62,646 bases of DNA from Octopus bimaculoides. Its lineage: Eukaryota. Location of the stretch: contig NC_068993.1 of the NCBI RefSeq assembly GCF_001194135.2, forward strand, positions 63,683,061 to 63,745,706. Reading direction: 5' to 3'. This document shows, one piece after another, positions 11,886-24,505 of the stretch; positions within the stretch are counted from its first letter, which is position 1, and each line of letters starts with the position of its first letter. The notes below the pieces were generated by a model. That model was not told the DNA's origin. It was given only the letters and a program-made list of their open reading frames with translations, and ran no database searches. A program made the translations under genes and the position numbers.

Positions 11886-13586
11886 CACTAATGGATGTTT
11901 CCTTTTCTTTTATAAAGAAAAATTTAGATAAGCAAACCTCTAGCTTCCTAATTCTAGCTTCACTCATTCGTTCTCAAATTTCTTTTGTAAATATTGTCCC
12001 CTTTTAGGAACATATCTAATTATCACTTTATGTACCTTTTCATCTCCTTTCATCATCTCCACAACTGGAGGATCGATTCCATTTTCTAACTTTTGTCCTC
12101 TACATAAATATGTCTCACACAATCTTCAACTCTTCTTGGCTCGCTATTGTACAACATTACATACATACACATACATATTATATCATACCTTGAAACTGTG
12201 TGGATTAAGATCCCCGTTGACAGGTCGCTGGTATTTATAGAGTGTTAAACACTTTCGGTATGCAAATTAGGGATTCCTTCATAGAGTAACTGCTGCATTT
12301 GCTGAGTATATAAACAGTTTGGCTGCTTGTTTCTATGGAGATTGTCAAAATGATGTGAAGGCCCCCTGATAAGAACCCAATAAGGTTCGGCAATAAAAAC
12401 AGATTTATGGAACAGGGAGCAAAAAACACTCACCCGTAAAGCCTTCCTGGGATTCCCCATGTGAGTTCCCGAGTCTATGGACTCAACCGAATGGAATTCA
12501 TACACACTTGTTCATTGGCGCACCGACATCTTTGCAGTCCTTCATTGAAATATTCACAAGGAAAACAAATAGAAAAAAACAAAGGAAAAAGTATGAGCAC
12601 ATTCGTACACACCACAGATGTGTGTTGCCATCATGGGCACACATAAGCGCACTCACACGCACACACACACAAGCTTACTCGCGCACACACAACACACACA
12701 CATGCATATGCACACACATACACAACACATACACACAACACACACATACACGCACACACACATATATACACAACCGTAGCTAGATAAACACATTTATACA
12801 TACATACATGCATACGTTTGCGAATATGTTAATCCGTGGGTGTGTCTATTTAACACACGGATGTATGTATGTACATATATGTCCGTAACACCTATGAATA
12901 TGTATGTTTATATGTGTGTGTATGTATGTAAGTGCATGTATGTATGTATGGATGGGTGCTTATGAATATGTATGTGTATATATGTTTTATATATATGTTT
13001 TATATATATGTATGTATATATATGTTTTATGCATAAAATCTTTAAAAAATTTCCACTGTTTGGAATGTACCATTTAGTCATCTTTGTTTCGTAAAACCCA
13101 CCTTTTGAACATTGGCACCGAGCGAGCGAATACGTGGTCGCTCGAAGCGCCAGAAATGATAGAAGCTTTGAAACCATCCTCAATAATGAAGCCGATCATG
13201 TAAAACAATCTGGAAAAGTTACGTAAGACAGCATGAAAGACGGACAGTCACAGCTGGGGCGTTGTTGATCGTATATCTGCACGGTACGAACTGAATTGGA
13301 AACTAAGCAACGAGAACAACTGTCTCCATGACTACGTATAGAATTTCGAATTCCTAATCTCCAAATCAGTACAAATGGAGAAGAACCACGATGAAGACCA
13401 CCCCGCCTCCCTTTCGGCAATGGATATCCAAAATTCTTGCCCCTCTTCTCTTTTTGAAATCAAAACGACTGGGAGCAATTAAGAGAGATTTGGCTTTTAT
13501 TTCTAGCAGATTGATCAACCACATTGCAAACAACTTCGACAGTTCAACATTCTTTGACAATTCTCTTGAGGCGTTTTCCTTTTCTG

Positions 13587-13641
<55 letters not shown>

Positions 13642-13959
13642 AAATTCTCTGAATTCTTTGGAGCGACCGGTTTCTTACCAATAAACAAAGATCTCTCCTT
13701 GCTGGAATTTATTTTCAGTTGACAAAACTTTTTGAATTTTTAAAAAATTCCCGCATAACTTTATTGTACAGCTTATTGATCGAATCTGCAATATTCACCT
13801 TAAATGACGCAACAGACTATCTTTGGCTGAGAATTATTATTTCAATTTTAAATATCAGTTTGGATTTTTAAGTAAAATATGTATGTGTATGTATGTATGT
13901 GTACGGTGTGTATGTATGTATGTACAAGATAAGTGTGTGTGTATGTACGTACGTACGTA

Positions 13960-14560
13960 CGAGGTCTGATCAATAAGTATCCGGACGGTTGCCGTAGTAA
14001 CGAAGCTGAAGCACAAAGTCGTTTGGCAAAAATTGACCTTGAACTCTGATGTGCTGCGCACTAAGTTTTAACGTCCTAGTTCACGTCCCCTGTTTACAGC
14101 AGTGCTTGTAAGGAAGGTGTGTAGCGTGTGATCGTTGCCTTGACCATGACAAAGAAAGTTGTCATGGCGATAACTGCTCGGAGGCCTATGCAAGGTTGCA
14201 GAAAGTGTATGGAGAGGAGTGTATGAGACGCACACACGTCTACGAGTAGTTCATTCGTTTCCAAGATGGCCGAAAAACGTTGATATTGACGAACGTTCTG
14301 GGAGACCCGCAATCAGCATCATTGGGAAAAACATCGAAGATGTGTGTGAAGCTGTGAGGGGAAATCGTCGAATCACCATCCGTAAGTTATCAGAGGATGT
14401 GCAGATTAGTTATGGTTCAGTTCAGTCTATTATCCCTGAAGATTTGGGTATGAGACGCGTGTCTGCCAAGTTTGTGTCAAAACTGCCTTCAGCTGACCGA
14501 AAAAACACTCGGGTTTCAGTTGCACAAAGATCTCGTTGGTTGTGTTGAGAACGATAGAAA
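13960..14560 (+). mobile_element. Decayed mariner transposon (5' half)
   Basis: TA|CGAGGTCTGATCAATAAG left end. Translation remnants LQKVYGEECMRRTHVYE, DERSGRP, NRRITIRKLSEDVQISYGSVQSII, LGMRRVSAKFV. Confidence 0.88.
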
Positions 14561-14901
14561 CTAGAACGATAGAAGTATCTTCGAGCATAGCTTGATATCA
14601 ACCGAAGCCTTGTGAGTGAAATTTGATAGACGGATACTGTGTGGAAGCCTGTCAGAGGGATAATTTCTGTTAATATAACTACCTGGCTCTTGGGTGTTTT
14701 CTACAGAATTCATTATAGTGCTAGAATTCTGGGCAGTTTTTTTCAGTTGGCGGTAACCCTTTCTTTAAGACTAACATCTGACACCTTCAAAAGGATCATC
14801 GGTGCCACCCTCCTTACTCTGACTAAATCATTTGGGGTAAAAAAAAGGGGGGGGGGCTTACATACGTTTTCGCTTATTTCAGATACAAGTATAAGTTTGC
14901 A

Positions 14902-14932
<31 letters not shown>

Positions 14933-15245
14933 GGAGAGAGCGAGAGAGAAACAGAGAGAGAGAGAGAGAGAGAGTGTGTGTGTAAGTGAATGAATGTGTG
15001 AATGCTTGTGAATGTGTGTATGTGTGTGTGTGTGTGTGTTATAATCGTGTCTAAGTGTTAATGAAAGTGTGTGTATATATGTATGTAGTTGTTTCTGTCT
15101 AAATGTATGTGTGCTTATGCGTACGGTTGTGCTTATGAATGGAGTGTATGTATGTGTGTATGGTAATGTCTATGTGTAAGTTATCTAGGTGCGTGTGTGT
15201 GTGTGTGCCTTGAAGCTAGTGGCAGAAAGTAAAAGTAGAGTGAGT

Positions 15246-15291
<46 letters not shown>

Positions 15292-15518
15292 AAGAGTGGA
15301 AGAAAGAGAGGAAGAGAGAGAAAGAAAGAGAAAAAGAGAGTGAGAAAGGAAAAGAAAGAGTGGAAGAGAGAGAGAAAGGGAGTGAGTGAAAGAGAGAGAA
15401 GGGTAAAGAAAAGTGGAAGAGAGAGGAAGAGGGGGGGAGAGAGAGAGAGAGAGAGCAAGGAAGTGAAAGTGATTTCGTCCTGTTTGCATCTAAAACCAGG
15501 AATATTTACCAAGTTCTA

Positions 15519-15528
15519 GTGACGTCAC
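15519..15528. promoter_or_regulatory. Palindromic CRE-like site in a CpG-rich segment
   Basis: GTGACGTCAC contains the full CRE consensus TGACGTCA, at the start of a GC/CpG-richer region. Function unproven. Confidence 0.25.
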
Positions 15529-16208
15529 CGAGACCATGGAACTGACGATAACAATGACATCATAGAAGTGGTGGTGGTGGTGGTGGTGGTGGTGGCGGCT
15601 TAACTACGTCTTTAATGATGATGAGAATGACGACGGCACGGGGCGGAGGCGGTGGCAGATGTCGCGACGGTTGGGTGTGAGCGAGAGGGGTTGGGGCTAG
15701 CTTCGTTCCTGATTGTCACCAGAGTGGTGGTGATGACGGCGGAGGTGGTGACATCTAGTGATGACAGAGGTGGTAGCAAAAGTAGTGGTAGTAATAGGAG
15801 AAATAGTAGTAGCAGTAGTAGTAGTAGTAGAAGTGGTAGTAGTAGCATCGGAGAGAATCGATGTGACGAGGCGTTTGCTATTGGCTTGTGGTAGGGGTGG
15901 TGGTTGTGGGAGGTGAATGGTATCTGGGATATACCTTTGTGTTGTAGTAGCGGTAGTGGTGGTGGTGGTGGGAGGAGATGGGAGAAGTCAGTTTGTTTAT
16001 GGGGTTCGGGGAGAGGAAACGGGAAAGACGATTAAAAGAGAAAATGTGCTGCGTTGTAAGAAATAGTAGGGAAGTGGGAGGAAGCGCCCTCGCACTCATT
16101 CTAGCTCCATACGACCAAATACGCAGACGACCATTCATATCTCTCTAGCAATCAATTTACCTACCCACCCACCTACCTTGCCATCTGCCTGTCTGTCTGT
16201 CTATTTCA

Positions 16209-16291
16209 GAAAATTTACTTTCTGTGATTGTATATATATTTTATAAAGTAAATTTTCTAAAACTGCGTTTTTAACTTTTCCATCTATTTTT

Positions 16292-16325
<34 letters not shown>

Positions 16326-16548
16326 GTATGTATATATATATATACATATATATATGCATATATATGTATACATATAGATACATATATATATATATATATA
16401 TATGTATACAAACGTATAATGTATATATGTATTTATGTATGTATACACNNNNNNNNNNAAATTTACTTTCTGTGATTGTATATATATTTTATAAAGTAAA
16501 TTTTCTAAAACTGCGTTTTTAACTTTTCCATCTATTTTTATATATATA
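16209..16548. other. Probable assembly artefact: same unique sequence on both sides of an 11-N gap
   Basis: AAATTTACTTTCTGTGATTGTA...CCATCTATTTTTATATATATATATGTATG appears at ~16210-16305 and again at ~16459-16555. Confidence 0.75.
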
Positions 16549-16905
16549 TATGTATGTGTGTGTGTGTGTGTGAATAGGTAAATAATCAAATAGTTTTATC
16601 TCAGAGTAAAGGAAGAGTGAGTGAGACTGGAAGTGAGATGGAGAGAAGAAGGATTTCAACTCTGAAATTATCAGCTGCAGCCTCACCGTGGCATCGTTTT
16701 CAATAAGCACCCCACCCCCCACACACAATCTTTCTCTCTCTCTCTCTCTCTATCTCTCCCTCTCTCACACACAGGCGCACTCCGTCCCCGCGAGAATATA
16801 CCTTTGATCGTTTATATCCTTTTCTATGCGCTCAGGCAACACCCGTTGCATCAGAACAACAGGCGCTCGCATGTGTGTATGTATGTATGTGTGTGTGTGT
16901 ATGTA

Positions 16906-16940
<35 letters not shown>

Positions 16941-17108
16941 GTGTATGTGTGTGTGTGTGTGCGTGCGCATAACTGTGTGCATATGAATGGAAACCATCGA
17001 AGTACGGCTGGTACACAGCCTGATGTATTGATGTGCACTCACGTACTGGAAAATAAATAAAATAAATAAATAAAACAATCGCACGCGCTCACCCTCACTT
17101 GCGTGCTT

Positions 17109-17213
<105 letters not shown>

Positions 17214-17760
17214 TATATGAAGAAGCAAAGATTTTCGCACTTTCACGGACTGCCTGTTGCGAAAAAATGCTCATTCCCTCCCCATCCTCTCCCTCCACAT
17301 ACTACTACTACTACTACCACTACTACTACTACTAACCGCAATCAACAAGCAAAGCTTCCCTTCGACACCGCACTTCCTTGTTCCATTACGAGGTCGCCAA
17401 ATCGCCACCATTGCTGTTATCGCCAACCGCTGCTCTAACAACGTTTGGTGACACAGCTGTCTAGCCCGCTCCCCCACATTATCGATACATCTGTCTATCA
17501 ATATCGGACACTCATTCACCAAAGCTGCACCCTCTCGCAACCCCATCTCTCTCTCTCCACACATTTTTCCTACAACGTATTGCGGCCCCCTTTTTTTTCC
17601 TTTGTAAATTGTCATTGGTGCAAAGCCAAAAAAAAAAAAAAAAATCGTTCAATCTTCCTTTCGTTCAAGTGAGTTGTAACAAAGCCCTCTACTACTACTA
17701 CTACTACTTGTTATGTCGTAACCCTCGTACACTATAATAAACACTCTCTCTCTATATATA

Positions 17761-17792
17761 TCGGCCTTTTGGGTAAGATCAAAGTGTAGTAT
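17761..17792 (+). pseudogene. U2: U2 snRNA 5' fragment
   Basis: TCGGCCTTTTGGGTAAGATCAAAGTGTAGTAT matches recalled metazoan U2 nt ~9-40 (UCGGCCUUUUGGCUAAGAUCAA(A)GUGUAGUAU) with one substitution. No Sm site or 3' part; flanked by (TA)n. Confidence 0.8.
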
Positions 17793-18192
17793 ATATATAT
17801 ATCTATATATATATTATATATCATATATTATATATCTATATATATCCATTATTTTGAATATAGAAGGGGATAGATTGAGGGAGGGAAGACATAGTTTTTA
17901 CACTCACACACATAAATATAAACATATACTTCGTAATAAATTCTCTCTTTCACTTTCTCTCACTCTCTACCCCTCCCCCACTATCTCGCTCTTCTCTCTC
18001 TCTCTCTCTCTACATATGTTTGTATTTACATTTTTACAGTTCTCTTTATACATGTAAATACACGCGTATCCGATGTTTTCCACGTACGAATTATGTTCAT
18101 ATCTATTAGATATGGAGAGACCGGTTGAGATCTAAATCGACCAAAAGAGAAAAAAGAGATTGATAACTACATACATACATACATTATAAATT

Positions 18193-18234
<42 letters not shown>

Positions 18235-18419
18235 ATGTACATATATGTATAACATATATGTATACACACACATTTATACATTAGACAAATTCATACCACA
18301 TACATACAACCTTACCTACATAGACCTATAAATTCAAACATATATAGACATATATAGCTACAGATGTATGTTGAATTCAACATGCAGTTTTATACGGCAT
18401 ATATACGCAAAAAAATTAG

Positions 18420-18478
18420 CCACGGAACCCCTACGACGGAGGCGGGATGACATGGGACCAATTTTAGAAAAGACAACG
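18420..18478 (+). CDS. Candidate exon (5' boundary uncertain), TEPLRRRRDDMGPILEKTT
   Basis: GC-rich unique patch ending in ACG|GTAAGT with one open frame (phase 0). Acceptor is weak. No homology recognised. Confidence 0.25.
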
Positions 18479-18700
18479 GTAAGTCTATTAAAAGAAAATC
18501 TTATTCTCTTTTGTTCTGCTTGAAACCGTTTTTATTGATTTGTATATTTGGTGCATGTAATTAGTAAGAGTCTGAAGAGGGCCGAGGGTCGGGTGGCGGT
18601 CGAGCGGCCCCAAATCTCCTCAGCCCTTTTCCAAGCCACTTGCTTTCTCGCTAACACATCTGCTTCACTTGCACCTTCTTGCTCTTTGTTGTCTTCTCAG

Positions 18701-18708
18701 ACTGCGAC
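18701..18708 (+). CDS. Candidate 8-nt microexon ACTGCGAC
   Basis: CTAAC branch point at 18651-18655, ~63-nt AG-free pyrimidine-rich tract with TGC motifs, TCTCAG acceptor, GTAAGT donor. Confidence 0.45.
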
Positions 18709-19101
18709 GTAAGTGTGCACATACTTACATGAACACCCGCATACATACTTACATGAACACCCGCATACATACATACATACATACACACATACACTCATAC
18801 ATGCATGTACACATACCGATACGCTGTGCATAACGCGTCAGCTGCAGGTTCAGTAGAAAGGCCATGCATTACGTATACAACAAGTGAAATTGAAGATTAA
18901 CCGCACCAAGCTCACCTCTGAACATCACTTAAATCGCAGACTGGGAGGACGTCGAAGAAGAAGAAGAAAAAGAAGGGTATGGGGAGAAGTGGGTGGTGGC
19001 TTGGAAGGAAATAAGAAAGTTCTCGAGACAAGACCAACATCACAATGTCTTTTCATTCTCCCTTTCTCTCTCCCTCTCTTTCTCGCTCACTCTCTCCCTC
19101 T

Positions 19102-19187
<86 letters not shown>

Positions 19188-20004
19188 ATACATACACATC
19201 CTCGTACACATGCAGCTCATGTGTGTAGTCCATGTGTATACAGTGCAGCCTGTTTTGTATTCCTAGACAAGAGGCCCTCGTTTAATAAAACGATAAAAGG
19301 ATAAACTGAGGATAAAGGCATTAATATTTAGCATAACCAGGATCCGGAAGTAAGGGTTAGGGTTAGACAGAGTAACTTATTCCGGAAACCTAACTCCTGA
19401 TATATCGGGGTTGTAACTGCTGCAGTTTATAAACATCGTGTACCGCAGCAGATCTTAGCTTTGTGGGTGGGGCCGGTGTTTTGAAACAAACCTTTTCCCT
19501 GCGTTTTTTGTTTGTTTTGTATCTCCTGAAGATTTTAAATGGTTTATTCCGAGTTGGAAGAGCAGCAGCAACCATACTTTTTAGGGTCTTGGAGATGGGT
19601 GATGGGAAAGGGAGTGTTCTCCGACCGGCGGTTTGACATGAATGCTAGTAGCACAGTGGACTCAGGCGTTGGTGTTAAACCGAATGACTTGAAGTCTGAT
19701 AAAAAAATAGTTCCGTTCTGGTGCCGGTTACTTGAAGAATTCGGTACAATGTTTAGTTCTATAGAGTCTGAGAGTATATGTTTGTATTTATTGCTTACGT
19801 ATGTGTGTGTAAATGTATGTGTGTGTGCGCACACACACACATGCACACACTTATATACAAGGGAACCCCCCAAAATGTTTACACACGTGGAATGAGTATA
19901 AAGTCAGTGTTTATTAAAATGCATTTTATTTTAAAATATTTAATCGAATTTAACATTTTTATGAACGCCTCTTTTCAAACTCATGACCTTCTGGAATCTC
20001 TTTT

Positions 20005-20275
20005 ACTCTTTTACTTGTTTCAGTCATTTTGACTGTGGCCATGCCGGAGCACCGCCTTTAGTCGACAAATCAACCCCAGGACTTATTCTTTACATATATA
20101 TATATATATATATATACGACGAGCTTCTTTCAGTTTCCTTCTACCAAATCCACTCACAAGGCTTTGGTCGGCCCGAGGCTATAGTAGAAGACACTTGCCC
20201 AAAATGCCACGCAGTGGGATTGAACCCGGAACCATGTGGATTGGAAAGCGAGCTACTTACCACACAGACCACTCA
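20005..20275 (-). mobile_element. tRNA-derived SINE family 'A' with internal (TA)n
   Basis: Minus strand: GTGGTAAGTAGC...GGTTCCGGGTTCAATCCCACTGCGTGGCATTTTGGGCAAGTGTCTTC (CORE-like TGGGCAAGT block), then the family tail. Confidence 0.85.
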
Positions 20276-20625
20276 TAAGCCTATAAAATGTAAAGACAGA
20301 CGAAATACCGTTAAGCATTTCGCCCGGTGCGCTAACGTTTCTGCCAGCTAATATATATATATNNNNNNNNNNNNNNNNNNNNNNNNNNNNNNNNNNNNNN
20401 NNNNNNNNNNNNNNNNNNNNNNNNNNNNNNNNNNNNNNNNNNNNNNNNNNNNNNNNNNNNNNNNNNNNNNNNNNNNNNNNNNNNNATATAAGCAATGTTA
20501 ATTCTCTAAATGAAGTATTAACAGTAACTGCACGATAAAGTGAAGTATATTGCCACTTAAGTGTGGCTGACCCCTAGGGGTGGATGTTACTGTTGCTTTT
20601 AGCCCCAGGAGGACATCTCCTCCAG

Positions 20626-20664
<39 letters not shown>

Positions 20665-21149
20665 GTCTGTCTACATGTTCTGAGTTCAAATTCCGCCGAG
20701 GTCGACTTTGCCTAAATTAAGTACCAGTTGCGTACTGGGGTCGATCTAATCGACTTTCCCCATCCACGGAGTGCTTAGTAGAGTCTAGTTCGATGCAAGC
20801 AAAAATACATCTTTCGATCAAAACCGACAAGATTCGAAGCCAGAACGTTAAAGGGAGATAACTCTACTTCACAACTTCCTACACTGCATCTCGCTCGCCA
20901 CCCTCCGCGACAACTCCTTTTCCATTTTGTCTGCTTGGCCCTAACGCAGTCTGGCTTACTGGAAATTGTACGTTCCACTCCTCGATATTTAGATCCATGC
21001 AATAATTTATTATTTTAATTCTTCTTAACACTCCTTTGGTAAATAAAGCTTTTGTCTTACGCTGGTTTTCATTCTGATGAACAACGAAATATTTTTCACG
21101 CGTGCTTCATCCGTTTTCTCTTCTTTCACTTCTCACTTCGTCTCATCAG

Positions 21150-21193
21150 TGACCCGAGGCTGGTTCGATTCACCAAATCTCGTCTATATTTAG
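21150..21193 (+). CDS. Candidate 44-nt exon, (T)DPRLVRFTKSRLYL
   Basis: Strong pyrimidine tract with CATCAG acceptor and TAG|GTGAAT donor. Open in phase 2 to 1, compatible with the 8-nt microexon. Confidence 0.35.
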
Positions 21194-21524
21194 GTGAATG
21201 GCTGTATTTATGAATATCTGTGGACCTGGCTCGCTGTCTTTATGGCTGCAGTGGTACACGTTGTCCATAAATTACCTTTACAATTTAAAGCACAAAACTG
21301 TGAAAGCTGTAAAGTTAATATAAGGACATCCTGTATTTTCTACACAACATACACATATACATGACACTTGTATGCATGTCTAGATGAGTCTGCACGTGCG
21401 CGCAAGTATGTATGTGTATATATATATATATATATGGTGAAGCAAATATTTGCTGATCCCTTAATTATGTTTATATATATATATATATATCTCAGAATGT
21501 ATGTATGTAATTGTTTTCCTAGTT

Positions 21525-21621
<97 letters not shown>

Positions 21622-21968
21622 TCACTTATTTTGCGAAGTCCAATAATGCCACCCATTGACCGATTACATCCTATTTTTAAATAATTGCCTAAATCTCTTA
21701 TATGAATGTCTGGGATAAACTACTACTACTACTACTACTACTACTCTCAGACACACCTAACTAATTACTGTTAAATCTCAGGTCGGTTCTGATCGACCAA
21801 ACACGATCAAAGACATTCCAGTCCGGACCACCACGTTTTATTTTCAGATAATAAAGTGCTTCAATCGGGAATTACGTTATAAAATGTGTTTCCCATTTCT
21901 TAATACGGTAAAGTATGATTTGAGGGAGGTTTGACAGATATTTCTTGTAAGGTTTCACATTCATATAG

Positions 21969-22074
21969 AATTTCGTTCCCATCGTCCGGATTTAAGTGAA
22001 GAACCCGGCTCCTTCAGCACCGTCGGTGCCAACAGCCATTCTTCTCTGAGAAGCTGCGAATCTAAGTTCCACTT
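21969..22074 (+). CDS. Candidate 106-nt exon, (E)FRSHRPDLSEEPGSFSTVGANSHSSLRSCESKFH
   Basis: GC-richer unique patch, TATAG| acceptor and |GTAAGA donor, open in phase 1 to 2. Splice sites are only moderate, and a minus-strand reading is also possible. Confidence 0.25.
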
Positions 22075-22468
22075 GTAAGATATAAACAGTATGAAATCAG
22101 GAAACAGATTCATTGATAGAAAGACAAGCAGAGACTGGGAAATAGTAACAGACAGATAAATAGAGAGATAAGCAGATAAGGAGGAAATAGAGAAACAAGT
22201 GGAGAGAAATGTAGGCAGACAGACCGGGGAAAAGAGAGAAGAGTTCTTTTGAAGCGTTCGTGTCATATATTTAACTATGTCAGACGTATACTTCCTTACC
22301 ATCCACGTCTCTCTTTAACAGCAGGTCGGGTCGCGTAGGGTTAAAAACAAGAAAAAGCAAAAAACAAAAAACGAAGACAAGGATGTTTTCAAATGCCAGA
22401 ATATGCAGACGACATTGCAAGGAGGGGGAGACGTCGGCTATCGCAATACGCCCGCACGCCCGCCCGCC

Positions 22469-22508
<40 letters not shown>

Positions 22509-22614
22509 TTCTGTTATAGAATAACCTATATGCAATACTGAATGTTGAGGCGGTCTCCATACACTGGCTCTCCTGTTAATGTCAGTGTGTTGTGTCTCTA
22601 CGAGATCGGAAAAT

Positions 22615-22645
<31 letters not shown>

Positions 22646-22647
22646 AA

Positions 22648-22679
<32 letters not shown>

Positions 22680-23085
22680 AAAAGAGAGAAAGAGAAAGAG
22701 TATAAGAAGAGGAGGTGAGAGAGAGAGAGTAGGAGACGAGTCATGACAGGCAAAGCAGTAAAAGTTGAGGCGAGTGGATGATTTATAATTTTTGTTTTCA
22801 AGTCTTGTTAAATACATTGGCGCAGCAAAAGTTATGTACACATATATATATATATATATAAGACTAGTTTAAATGTCTCCAGGCAAATGTGTGAGTTCCA
22901 CTTTCGTCTGCTCCTTCATCCAAATATACAACACACATACATACACACACATAATACATGCATGCACACACACGCATACATACATTCATACATACATTCA
23001 TACATACATACATACAAACATACATACATACAAACATGCATATATAGATACACCTATACATACATATATACAAAAATATATATAC

Positions 23086-23123
<38 letters not shown>

Positions 23124-23258
23124 NNNNNNNNNNNNNNNNNNNNNNNNNNNNNNNNNNNNNNNNNNNNNNNNNNNNNNNNNNNNNNNNNNNNNNNNNNNNN
23201 NNNNNNNNNNNNNNNNNNNNNNNNNNNNNNNNNNNNNNNNNNNNNNNNNNNNNNNNNN

Positions 23259-23315
<57 letters not shown>

Positions 23316-23317
<2 letters not shown>

Positions 23318-23500
23318 GTGTTTGTCCTCCACCACCTCTTGTCAACCGATATTGGTGTGCTTACGTCCCCGTCACTTAGCGGTTTGGTCTTAGAGAGACT
23401 GATTAAGTACACCAACAATAAAAAAAGTAATGGGGACGACTCGTTCGATTAAAGTTCTTCTAGGCGGGGCCCCAGCATGGCCACAATCTGGTAACGGAAG
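23316..23500 (+). mobile_element. 3' half of SINE family 'A'
   Basis: Follows a (TA)n-gap-(TG)n block and carries TTACGTCCCCGTCACTTAGCGG and the CCCCAGCATGGCCAC tail. Confidence 0.75.
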
Positions 23501-23905
23501 CAAATCAAAGCGACAAAAATAAAGATATATATATATATATATACAAACACATATATGCATACATGTTCAAATCTAGACATACAAGAGCACATAAATATAC
23601 ATACGTAAATATGCTTGCGAGTATATATTGTTGTATAGACGTAGGCATAACTGTGTGGATCTCTTCGGATTCATTTGCCAATGGATTCCACTTCACTGCA
23701 TATCTTGCTGTAGCCACGATTTGACCAATAATAAATGATGTTGGTTGAGGGAAACTAGGAGAAGCCCGTTCAATAATTTATCTTATGTTATTCAATAAAC
23801 CTTTATACGTCTTACATCTCGTGCACATGTTACCGGCCACTCATGAGTTATTTCCCTTCCATTTACGTTATGTGTGCGTTGGTAAACATGTGTAATACGT
23901 GTATA

Positions 23906-23989
<84 letters not shown>

Positions 23990-23999
23990 NNNNNNNNNN

Positions 24000-24082
<83 letters not shown>

Positions 24083-24109
24083 AATATGTATCTATGTATA
24101 AATATGTAT

Positions 24110-24505
24110 GTATGTATGGTGGCAGTGTGTAAGCGAATGGCCGGATGGATTCTGAGAACCTACAAAACAAGGGACCAGGAAACTATGCTGGTCCTATGGA
24201 GGACAGTTGTCCTCAGCCGTCTGGACTACTACTCTCAACTGTGGTCACGCTACACTGTAGGGTTAATAGCAGAACTTGAGGCGGTTCAGTGATACTACAC
24301 GAGGAAGATCGTATCAATGGAACAGCTGAGTTAATGGGAGAGACTGAAAGGGCTACGACTCTAGTCCCTGGAGCGAAGACGAAAAGGTATTCAGTGATAT
24401 ATCGATGGAAGATCCTGGAGGGGCTGGCAACACACTTTGGGATTGAGAGTTATACCAGACCTCGAACTGGACGTCACTGCACCGTTCCAAAGCTCCCAGC
24501 TGTCT
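24110..24505 (+). mobile_element. CR1-type LINE ORF2 C-terminal fragment
   Basis: GWILRTYKTRDQETMLVLWRTVVLSRLDYYSQLWS...ELEAVQ*YYTRKI...WERLKGLRL*SLERRR; typical CR1 post-RT region. Confidence 0.85.

Noticed and set aside
12434-12539. Minus-strand exon-like segment with a strong pyrimidine tract and CGG|GTGAGT donor
   Set aside because: Stops in all three frames from the obvious acceptor; could only be non-coding, so unsupported.
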